In this document: in pieces, positions 9,788 through 20,589 of the stretch
How positions within the stretch are numbered: position 1 is the stretch's first letter
How the letters are laid out: each line of letters begins with the position of its first letter
DNA from: Eremomyces bilateralis CBS 781.70
Lineage: Eukaryota
Assembly (NCBI GenBank): GCA_010015585.1
Contig: ML975168.1
Length of the DNA stretch: 44,869 nucleotides
Direction: 5' to 3' (one strand)
Position numbers and translations under genes: made by a program
Notes under the pieces: model-generated
What the model was told of the DNA's origin: nothing
Database searches by the model: none
Seen by the model: only the letters and a program-made list of their open reading frames with translations

Positions 9788-12275
9788 ATGGCAGATCCAT
9801 TCTCTCTCGTTGCCAGCCTGATCGCCCTGGGTACAGCGGTTGGGGCCGCCTCAAAAGCTATCCCGAAGGCCCTCGACTTAAAATAAGCGCCTCGGCGTCT
9901 GATTGACATCCAGCATAAGGTCTGTCAATACGGTTTTCACTCCCCTAGACGCAAATTTCGACTCACAAGCTGCGCAGATTGAGGATCTAAAGGTGGTGTT
10001 GCGAACCGTCAAGCGAATTGCCAAGGACGCATCCATAGATGCGGACGACGACGCTATCCTTCGTTTCCAGCAACTCTTTATCCGAGAAAAAGAAGCTGTT
10101 GAAGAGACCAATGACCTCGTCAAACCCAGACTCGTAAAAAACCCAGAAAGTCTTGGGGAAGCCCGGCTCACGACAAAAGTTCGGAAGATCAAATTCCTCA
10201 GGGAGGAAAAACACTTGGAAGAGCTAAATGCGCGGCTGTCTGATATTATTCAAGGCTTCAGTACCGCCCTCCAATGTATTACGGCGTAAGATACGGGAAG
10301 TTTCATATTACTAGCTGAGCTACACTAACCAGTCGTAGTTTGGAACTGCTGAGCCTGAGAGTTACTCACGGAGCTCTTCAGTTCGGCATCACCCAACTGA
10401 TCGAGTCTGATCGAGTCACTGACCAAGGGGAGAGCTCAAGAGTTCATGAGATCCCCGATACAAGCGACACGTTATCTGTTCTTGATGATGAATCCACAGT
10501 TGAGAATACCGCTAACGAGACCCTTGCGAGGGTGGAAGTGATGATTACAGAAGAAGAACTACTGAACCTCTGCAGCTGTTCATGCCATACTTACTACGCG
10601 GCTAAAGTGCCGAACTGGCTCGGTGATGCGATCGGAACACTCCTAGTAAGATGGTATCGAAACCCACAAACATGCTCGACATGCTCTCGGAAAGACTGCA
10701 GTAGGGTCATAAGAGAAAAAATGTTGTGCGTTCAATACTACTTCCCACATTGGATGATACGACGCTTGATTGAATTCAAGGCCGCCTGGAATGCAGCTCA
10801 ACAACTATCCGTCTCTCTCTCAACGACTAGAATGATACCAGAAGGTTCAAGTATCTTTCAGTTCGCTCAACACAACAACGTGGATGGTGTTAGGAGGTTA
10901 TTTATCCAACGGACAGCTTCGCCTTTCGATATCAGTATTAATGGAAGAACGCCGTTACATGTAAGCCATTATCTAGTAGCCAGATAAAGCGCCACGATCA
11001 CGCTAACAGGATTACCTTAGTTTGCAGCAACTGCGGTGAAGGCCGATATGATCAAATTCCTTTTAGATGCAGGAGGTATACCTGATGCTGAAGATAGCAA
11101 TCACTTGTACGACTACTCACCCTGTCCACCCAAGTTCATTCTGCTAACACCAAAACAGAACACCCCATGATATCATCTGGGAATTATATCTACGAAACCC
11201 AAAAGAGCGCGGGTACATCCTCGAAGCTGCAGGCCTGTCGCCTAGTGACACGTCCACTAGCCTCGAAAAGCAACAGTTTACGGGCGTACATCGCATCGTC
11301 CTCGGTTTGCGAGGCCTGGTGGACTTGGATGATTATCTTAAACTCTCAGCTACTGAGATCGACAAGCAAGACTTGACTGGGAAGACTGCACTTGCCTGGG
11401 CTGCTTCACGGAAAGGAGACTCACGTCTAGTACGCATTTTGCTGGATCATAACGCATCGGTACGAATAGCCGACTATCGATATAAGACGCCGCTACATTA
11501 CGCTGCAAAGAGCGAGGATCCCAATTCAGTGGCGTTAATCTTAGAGGCCATCAAGCAAATTGAACGAATGGTCACAGACCCGAGAGGCCGCGGCATTGAA
11601 GCGGGCGACGATAAGAACCGTACACCCCTCAATTATGCAACGCGGATGAATCTCTTGCCTCACACCCAACTCCTGATTGACTACGGCGCGGACCTGGAAG
11701 CGACGGGATCAAAAACAAAGCGAACAATTCTCCTCAATGCCTTGTACTGGAATAGTCATTTGGTGCTTCCGGTTCTCTTACAGCACGGGGCGAGAACAGA
11801 CGTTACCGATGCGGCCGGGGCCACTGTTTTACACCACATCACGCAATTTTGTAGTCTAGAAACAGTACAAGTTCTAGCGAAGCAGGATCTTGGATACATC
11901 AACCGCAACGCTGTCGATTCTACTGGACGTACCGCAGTGGATGTATTCAATTCCGAAGACGTGAGATGCAGTCCTGACAAAGAAAAAGAAAGGAGTCTTG
12001 CGGCAGAGGCTTTTGCTGCTATCTTGGCAAAGGCTAGTCGTCCTCGCAGTGGGACGAGTAGTGATTTTGGCCTAAAGCTGCAAAACGTCTTTGAAATAAA
12101 GGAGATCAACGTTCTCGAGCGTGAAGAAGATTCTGATGATGAGAAAACCTTACATGACGAGAAGGGGGTGCGGAAAGCCGAGGCCACAGAAGATGGCTGG
12201 TTCGATGCAGATGATGACGATGATATCTTCTACGATGCGCTTCAGGAGCTTCCTACAGATCATGTTGTAATTTAA
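9788..12275 (+). pseudogene. Fungal N-terminal HeLo-like domain plus ankyrin-repeat protein with one in-frame premature stop (exons 9788-9919, 9978-10285, 10339-10960, 11021-11106, 11159-12275)
   Basis: Starts MADPFSLVASLIAL, typical of HeLo-like N-termini. Ankyrin motifs GRTPLH, GKTALAWAA, KTPLHYAA, RTPLNYA and GATVLH. The five exons sum to 755 codons. TAA at 9884-9886 (codon 33). Confidence 0.75.
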
Positions 12276-13401
12276 GAGTTGATGTCTCATCCTATGTACA
12301 TTGCTCATCATGGTGCCCCTTCTGACGAGCAAGCAAGCATGCACTCAGTGTTTATGAAGACATGGGATCTAGACGAAGGTCGGCAAAGAATATCTTATCT
12401 GCAGATATGCTTCCTTTCATAGCGGGATACCATACGGGACTGGGGTTTCCGGTTATGCTTGCCTGTTCGCAACATGGTTTGTTGAAATGCGGAACAAAAC
12501 CGGTCTGGACCTCCTGCATGCGCAGTTGGATCTGTTCATTACCTAGTATATGATGGTGGCCATCCCTAGAACGGATCGCTGCAGGCTCTGAATTATCTGG
12601 AACAGAAACTCCTGATTGGTATTCTACCAGAGGCCTCGGACACTGCTACATACGTGATAGACTACGCCCAGCTCCTCTCTGTCATTGAGGGAACTGAGAC
12701 GGCGAAGTACCTGGCGCGAGCGGTTCGATATGCGAATTTTATGACGAGTGGTGCTATAGAGTACCGTGTCTAAAACAGTACACAGATAATTATCACCAAT
12801 ATTTCTCGTGACCATCTCACTCTATGCCCCCAACCGTCTCATGGCCTTACAGTTATAAATTATACCGATTTTGGTGAAATTTGGAGTGATGCACTCGCTT
12901 GTGTAGTACGTTATATACCGTAGGATTTAGGCTTGGCAATTATGACCAAATGTATCAAATTGACCGCCGTATCCATCCAATCGCTGTAAAATGCACCTCT
13001 TATAACTCACAATGGGACCCACTTTTGAGTAAACCTAGTATTGTTACCCGATTGGGGAAATGTGGCAGGCAGCATTCTGCCTTGCCTAGGTTTGTACATG
13101 TAGTCGAACATAGGCTCTTCATGTACCTATACACCAGCCATCAATCATCTAGCCCCCGACTTTGATTCCTGCCTTTAGAATTATTGTTTTTGCCGCGCCT
13201 CTACATATTCCGCGACGACCCGAAAGCTTGTCGGTCACATGTGAGACCTTTTTCCCCTTTCCCACCTGAAAAAGCTTCATTTCCGACAACTTTCCTAGCC
13301 CGTGTCTATTCGATTCGCAACGTGTGGACCGCCCTGGCCAGAATACACCAGTCCTACTCACTCGCTACATAAGTTGTTATTAATACCGTGAGACTTTCAT
13401 T

Positions 13402-14451
13402 ATGATGCGAAGCGATCTGGAAATCGTGAAAGAGTGCGACAAGTACGTGTGACTGGCTTCGGCTCGCTCTATACCGCATCAACCCTTCTAAGCTGCCATA
13501 ACTGACATCTCACCGCTCCCTTGCAGCTTCCCCTACTACGAAGTGGGCAGTGCCGATGCTTTTGCCTCAGCTATAGAGCCGCTGTGGCTGTTCTATCTGC
13601 CAGATGATCCGGAGCCACATGGTTTCCTGATTGATTCGGTCGTGAAGCGCATGCCTTGGACAGCCAAATTCCGCATCGATCTCTCCCCGCGCAAGGAGGT
13701 GCATCTTCTAAAACCGGAAGGCAATGATGACTGGCAAGCTGCCTGCGCCGACGCCATTGATGAGCTGCTCGATCTCGCGCGCGCAGAGAACGCCTTTCCC
13801 CACCTTGGCAAGAAGCGTGATGAGCAGTTCCCCATCATTGGCGCAAATTTTGACATTGGCATTGAGCGCTCGGCTATGAGTCTTTTTGGCATTGTCGGCC
13901 GCGGCGCGCACATGACGGTGTTCACGCGTACGAATGAGGGCATTAAATTTTGGGTCCCGCGCCGCAACGCAAACAAGTCGACATGGCCCAACATGCTAGA
14001 CCAAGCCGTTGCAGGTGGCGTGGGGCGCGGCGAGACCCCGTTCGAGTGTATTGTCCGCGAGGCGGACGAAGAGGCTGCCTTGCCCAATGAGCTGGTGCGG
14101 CAAAACATCGTGGCAGCTGGCACGGTGACCTGGTTCAACATCTCTGACGAGAAGGCCGGGGGTGAACTAGGGCTGATGAACCCCGGCGTGTTGTACGTCT
14201 ATGACCTCGAGGTTGGCGAGGACATGGTCTTTAAACCGGTCGACAATGACATCCAAAGCTTCCACTTGATGAGCGTGGACGAGGTCAGGCATGCCATGGG
14301 AAGCGGCGAATTCAAGCCCAGTTGCGCAGCCGTCATGATAGATTTCCTTATAAGACACGGATTCATCACTGCTGACAAGGAAAAAGACTATGTTGAGATT
14401 ATTTCGAGGTTGCATCGCAAGCTTCCCTTCAGGACAAGCCCCGGATACTGA
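13402..14451 (+). CDS. Nudix hydrolase, thiamine-pyrophosphokinase-related (YJR142W/tnr3 N-terminal-like family); exons 13402-13442 and 13527-14451
   Basis: ECDNFPY across the intron, IERSAMSLFGI, WVPRRNANKSTWPNMLDQAVAGG, Nudix box READEEAAL, LYVYDL, GEFKP and SRLHR. Confidence 0.9.
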
Positions 14452-16292
14452 ACGGGTAGCACTTGCAGACTATCAGTGCTTAATCATTGATACTCATCTT
14501 AGTCTCATTGTTCAATCCGGCTACTGTAAGGTGGATATTCGAGAGATAACTGAAAAAAAGGTTGCAAGAGTATTAGGATACTTGGGAGAGGGTGAAGATA
14601 TGGTCGGGAAGCAAAGGCATGCCCACCAACTCAAAGAACGCCACAAAAGGAAGAAACTTGCTTATCAACGAGAGGGACTTCCTCCCGAAGAAACACCCCA
14701 CCCCCGTCCCCCCCCGCTCCCGCCATAGAACTGTCAGACTTAGAAAGAAGACTAACCCTGCCCGAACAAAGATTCCACCTCGGAAAGCGATCGACACGCC
14801 ACTCCTTCCACCGGGCTCGACTCGGATTCGAGGGGCGTCATCTACACCGCAATCCACTCCGAGCGAGGGAACCCCCCATCACCATTCCAAGGGACACACC
14901 ACCTGCCATCGGCGAACGAAGTCATCCAGTCCTGAACGACGTCCAAACGACATCCCGCTTACCACCCGTCATCGGGTCGGCGTTACGACATCTACTATCG
15001 ATCTCGTACCCAGGGCTTCTTCCATGCCGCATTCGCCATCGTTCCCGACCTCCACCTCGGACATCACGGTCACTCCGGATCGTTTAGAAATATCGGGAAG
15101 ATTCGTATCCACTCCACTCGGAATCCACCACTAACTTCGGTCCAACCTACTGTCCAACCAAGCTGACTACCTGCTCTCTTTCTGGGGCCAGATGGCGTTT
15201 TTCATGTCGAGAAATGGATCCTATCTCTTAGTGTAAAGTCGCTGAGCGATTGGGTGAACGAATCCAAACCAAGGGTCTTGAACGCTTTGGGCACTGCCGT
15301 AGGAACCGTGTGCAAGATGAAAGCGGAGCAGCGCAGTTTTGATAACGGGATTAGGGCTAAAAGCAGCGAGTTTGTTGCATTGGGTCGAAGACATGTTGCC
15401 GATGTTCCGGAGCTTCAAATGGGACCGTGGATTCTCGCTCTGCAAATTGAATGGAGGAATCGCTTATTGAGTCAACATCGCAGAAATTGAAGAGGAGGCG
15501 CGGGAAATACAAGACCGCAACGGAAATTGATCGCGCTTGGGTGAGTATTATGGTGTTCGACTTATGACAGGGCCTAGTACCGTTTTCCCATCATTGCTGA
15601 GTGGTTGGTGAGATTCCCCCCCGGCGCTAGCCATATTGGAAATTAAATGCTCAATTTGGTCTATTAGCGCATGTTTCCACTTCCTTAACTAGTCCTTTTC
15701 CCTAAGATAGAACTTCAACGCCCAATTTGTTCTTTCTCTCATAACTATATCTCAGCATAGATGATATTGCTCCCTTCCAGATTGTCTCTACGCTTCCTAT
15801 GAAGAAGTATACAATGCTCTCAAGGATAGTCAATACGTCTATCTCCAAGGCCATATTAGTCTATCCTCGAGCCGCTTCCTGCTTAAACAAGCGGTGCGCC
15901 GAGGAGGAACGAGGTATCAACTCGTAGAGATCCATCAGGCTTTGAATGACGTGTACCGCCTTCTGTCCCTCAATTTTAGCCCCCTCCTTAACCCCAGGGT
16001 CAAACGCTTGCTGACGTCCTACGACAGCTACACACCTCTGTTACCGTGCCAATCCCTACGTCTACACCAGCTACGAATGCTATAACTACTTCCGTACCTA
16101 TGTTGATCCCTACACCTACTCTTGTAACTTCCCCTACTCCATCTCATTTGTCTCCACCTGTCTCTGTTACTGTGTCTATCACTACGGCTCGATCCTTTCC
16201 ACAGCCTGCCTGGCAACCCCCGTCGTTGGAAGAGTTTTTGCTGACATCGAGCGTCGACGGCTTCAGCCCACTCTGCATGCCACTCGAGACCG

Positions 16293-16422
16293 TGTGACGC
16301 GCTAACCACTACGCTAAAAGGACACCAACACGACTAAACCAAAGTCAATGTTGATTGTGGCAATTCAGTATATAAAGGTCTTCTGCCCTGGTAGTTCACG
16401 AGTGCCGCAGCCAACTCTGACA
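16293..16422. mobile_element. Solo LTR, family A, copy 1 (130 bp)
   Basis: TGTGAC...TGACA termini, 5-bp TSD GACCG (16288-16292 and 16423-16427), internal TATATAA, and similarity to 20155-20295. Confidence 0.88.
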
Positions 16423-16926
16423 GACCGAAGTTGATTTCATCGCATTTCGTGATGGGAGATTTTATTATTGCATGTGGCTGGGGCCAGCTGGGCGCAAATG
16501 AGAATTGTGATGCATTCCGTGCGCCCACCATGGATCCAGCTAAGATAGAAATGTGTGAACATGTCGTGATCTGGGGGACGATCCTAGAGTAGCAGTAGGT
16601 TAATAGACTTGATTTGATGGATGATGCAGTCATGTTACCCTAGAATGGCGCAACAGGGTCAGTAGCAAACGTGATTGTCTGGGATCATCAGTCAAGACTG
16701 AGCTTATCCATTGCGATATCTGACCCCAGCATCGATAGATAGACAATAAATAGATAATAGCAAAGTTGCGTGATCTGTAAGCTATATTAGACAATACGCG
16801 GGGAGTTTTAAAGAAGTGCCGAATATCCGGAGGGATATATAAAATTAGGACTGAACGACATTCGAAAGAAAGTAGACTCTTAAATTATACTTTGAACTCA
16901 TTCAACAAAGGAACACGATAGCAAAT

Positions 16927-18191
16927 ATGGCACCCTCAGTAATTGTGGCACCCGCAGTGACGGAACAGGATGTTCCAATCGTTACCAAAGGCAGAGCGCA
17001 GCCGTTGGTATCGTCAGGCCTCCTTGATCAATTCGAGCAATTCGATGTAACCCCAGTCATCGGCACGGAGTTCTCAAGTGCCAAACTGGTCGAGTGGATT
17101 AATGCTCCAAATGCAGATGAACTCTTGAAGGAGTTGGCCATCAAAAGAAAGCACCCTATACCAATACAGGCGTGCTCTAGACTAACGGACTCGCAGTCTC
17201 CCAGCGCGGTGTCGTTTTCTTCCGTGCCCAAGACGACCTTACGAACGATATTCAGAAGGCATTGGTTCAGCGACTCGGCGAACTGACGGGAAAGCCAAAA
17301 ACTTCGGGCCTACACATTCACCCGATCTTAAACTCTAGCCGGGAGCTTGGAGGATCCGATCCGGAGATCAGCGCAATCAACTCTGTCCAGCGCAAGAAGC
17401 TTTACGGCACCGCTGCAGGTGAAGAACCTACTGCAAAGCCGCAGAGCGCTGCACGGTGGCACTCGGATATCGCGTTCGAGCCAGTCCCCGCTGATTATTC
17501 CTCACTTCGACTTATTAACCTACCCAGGACAGGAGGAGGTAGGTAGAACCAAGATCATCGCTAGTGGCGCTAACAGACATTATTAGACACCCTCTGGGCA
17601 TCCGGATACGAGCTCTACGACCGTATCAGCGAACCATACCAGAAGTTCCTTGAGGGTCTCACGGGAACCTTCGCTCAGCCGGGATTTAGCGCCACTGCAG
17701 CTCGCGGTAACTTCGAGCTCTATGAGAAGCCCCGCGGTGCACCCGAAAACGTTGGTAGCGCGATGAAAGCAGTGCATCCCGTTGTGAGGACCAACCCTGT
17801 GACCGGTTGGAAGAGCCTTTTTCCCGTTGGTGGCCATATCCAGTATATCAATGGCGTAACGGAAGAAGAGTCCGAGGCTCTCCTGAGCTGGTTCTTAGAC
17901 TTGGTATACAAGAACCACGACCTGCAGCTCCGCTTCAAATGGAAGAACTCGAACGATATCGGTAAGCATCCCTTCGTCCCAGAGGAGTTAAGGCTCAGAG
18001 CTGACATATGACTAGCAATCTGGGACAACAGAAGCACCTTTCACAGAGCAACCTACGACCATGACGGTCAGGGTGAGCGCTTGGGTAACCGAGCGGTAGG
18101 ATTGGGTGAGCGACCGTACTTTGACCCCAATAGCAAGTCACGCAGGGAAGCTCTGCGCGAGCATGCTCCTGGTGAGAAGATTGTGGTATGA
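16927..18191 (+). CDS. TauD/TfdA-family alpha-ketoglutarate-dependent (sulfonate) dioxygenase; exons 16927-17146, 17197-17538, 17587-17961, 18016-18191; intron 1 donor is non-canonical, so it may be a pseudogene
   Basis: DVTPVIGTEF, SQRGVVFFRAQ, Fe ligands WHSD, GGDTLWASGY, HPVVRTNPVTGWKSLF, AIWDNRSTFH and GERPYFDP. Exons total 371 codons. Confidence 0.88.
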
Positions 18192-18519
18192 TTGAGTCCG
18201 TGAAAATCTCCGGAGCTCATTCGCGGCTTTACAGTCCGCAGCCACCTATTCATGTTAAACCAATTAGGAAGCCAAATAGAACTTATGATGAATGAAGTAA
18301 TAGCTTCTGAACTATGTCCCGTGCGTGATTGAAAAGACTAGAATAGCGACCCTGTGCAGACATTGAGGTTTGGTGGTTCACGAATGCGGATAGCCCATCG
18401 GAGTATTTCAAGGTCCATTAAAGAAAAGTGTGAGGAGCCATTCAAGACGGGTTTTGGCAGGAAAAGAATGAGGATAAGAGAGAGAGATTCATACGCCTAT
18501 CAGGCCTCGAATCAATTGA

Positions 18520-19262
18520 TTGAGTTGAGTTGAGTTGAGTTGAGTTACTCCATAGTCATATACCTCTAAAGGCCACAAGGCCTATGAGGAAAACACCCTA
18601 TAATTGTCGCATTTCGCAGGGGTGATGATTAAACACGTCCACCGCTTAAGCTCAGTTACTGCAGAGTCACAACGCAAGTTGGTATTGACGATTTCCATTG
18701 TCTCTCCAAAAAGGAGATCTGGCTAGAAAACAGTTGAAGATAACTAAATACATGGGAAAAGACTAAGCAGTCCGAAATAGGCTTAGCCTAGGGGTAATGG
18801 GCAGTGAAAAGAAAGTTAGGGCAGTAGAAACCAACAGGGGCATCTTGGGACAATAATCCTCCGAAAATCGGGTGGGAATATCTCACCAGCCTTATTTCTA
18901 TTTACTAGAGGTGTTTTTAAGAGCACCCACCGAGTTTAAATACTTCTAGATTATCCACAACATTTCCCAAACATTGTTACGGTCCCAGGCCTGTGGCCTG
19001 CGACTGATGTATGTGTGGCTGAAGCTAGGTGTGGCGAGAGGATTATCAGGAGGTAGTCATGTGTTGATAGATGTGTTAACGAAGTATTAGAGGGGAGGTA
19101 TATGCGAGAGAGATTTGTCTCTTGCACAACAGAGAGAGAGAGAGAGAGAGATTTCCTCTTCTTCCCCTCTTCTTTAGTTTAGCTTGAATGAAATCAGTAT
19201 TTGCAGACCTTGCAGACTAAACTATATCAAACATCTCTCTTTCTTACCACGTCGGTCACGCT
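18520..19262 (-). mobile_element. Probable 5'-truncated non-LTR retroelement (LINE/SINE 3' end) with an (AACTC)n tail, interrupted by a solo LTR
   Basis: (TTGAG)5 at ~18520-18546, which is an (AACTC)n tail on the minus strand. A small hairpin AGGCC-ACAA-GGCCT lies at ~18570-18583. Candidate TSD ATCAATTGA at 18511-18519 and 19263-19271. Confidence 0.5.
18975..19229. mobile_element. Solo LTR, family B, copy 1 (255 bp), containing an (AG)10 microsatellite
   Basis: TGTTAC...TATCA termini and 5-bp TSD AACAT (18970-18974 and 19230-19234). Shares GGTCCCAGGCCTGTGGCCTG and GAGGATTATCA with 21056-21307. Confidence 0.88.
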
Positions 19263-20154
19263 ATCAATTGAAAATTGCAGTATTCTACTCCCAAACCCTC
19301 AATCAAAGATAGAGTAAAATCAAATAGATCGTGTACCGTGCCCATACTGACTGAAGTTCGGGCTTTTTTCAACCCTTTCCCGCATCAACAACATCCACTG
19401 TACACGTATCAACCGTTCATCCACCGAACTCTCTACCTCGTCATCAGCGAGTCTCTGCTTGAACATATTGGGAGCACCAATCCAGACTAACACTTCTCTA
19501 GCCAATATGTACTAGTAGGAGATTCGCTACTCTTCCCGTGGCTGCACAGGTCGGGAGGAATTCCGACAGTGTCAGGAGAGGCAGGGCACCAACGTCCCCT
19601 GTCACCTCCTCACTCATATCCAACTTCCCAACTCAACCCACATGTGTCTCACCCACATGGTGAAGCCTGGGCCTGACTCCATGAAACCTGCTCCATAAAC
19701 GATGGATTCTCGATACGACCCTACCTACGTGATAGATGGGGGCAGGTGTAGCGGATTGGGTCGGCACAACTACTATCCGCAGATCGTATCCGCATAACAA
19801 CATCCTTAACGGATGATAGATAGAAGAATCAATGATCACTTATACCAAAACATATTCGTGTATGCCGTGCATAGCCCGTGATTCCATCATAGAGAATGCT
19901 CCGCGCATGTAAAGCACCGATTATGTGAGGGTCATCTCAGCAGGAGGAAGGGAACAGTGGATGAACATAAACGGGAAGAGGAACGGGAACAGGAACGGCA
20001 TTGCTACAATGAACTCGCACGACATTTGTTTTAATCCCTTTCAAGCTCCTCCTCAAAGGAAAAATTGCTTGCTTTGAATGTTTCCAGTTTATCACACATA
20101 GCGATCGCACAAGTTCATTTCTTTTCTGAATAATTTAGCGTGATAACCAAGGAC

Positions 20155-20295
20155 TGTGGCACGCTAACCACTGTCCTATCCATAAAAGGATACCAACATG
20201 ACTAAACAAAAGTTGGTAGTTATTGATTGTAGCAATTCAGTATATAAGGGTCCTCTGCCTGGGTAGTTCACAAGTGCCGCAGCCAACTCATGACA
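20155..20295. mobile_element. Solo LTR, family A, copy 2 (141 bp)
   Basis: TGTGGC...TGACA termini and 5-bp TSD AGGAC (20150-20154 and 20296-20300). Shares GCAATTCAGTATATAA and AGTGCCGCAGCCAACTC with 16293-16422. Confidence 0.88.
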
Positions 20296-20589
20296 AGGAC
20301 CATCAAATGAGGTGGTCATGGATTACAGGCTAAAGCCCAGAGGCTAGCTATGACTTAACTAAAACCCCCCTTTTTCCTCCCCTGAGCTTGCTATGTGTAA
20401 CGGTGATGGATATGCCGATTGCCACAAAGCGACTAAGTAATAATGAAAATTTTGGTTTGAGCAAGTCTTGCAAACTTAGAGAAGAGAAGGGAAAGTTTAA
20501 TTTACAAATGTAAGGATAACGTTGGCGTATGGCGTTGTGTAGCCCACTGACATGACTGACCAACATGATCAAGTACCTTCGTGAAACAC

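Noticed and set aside
14460..16290. Pro/Arg/Thr-rich ORFs (14592-15134, 15254-15490, 16046-16297) as a gene or gag relic
   Set aside because: No recognisable motif or consistent exon structure in the frames I translated. It may be decayed coding DNA but I cannot support a call.
16293..20295. The two family A LTRs (or the two family B LTRs, 18975-21307) as ends of one full-length element that captured TauD
   Set aside because: Each LTR has its own distinct TSD on both sides, the copies are clearly diverged, and no gag/pol, PBS or PPT is evident. They are independent solo LTRs.
20396..20506. TGTAAC...TTACA segment as a fifth solo LTR
   Set aside because: The flanks (CTATG and AATGT) do not form a TSD and there is no second copy in the window.
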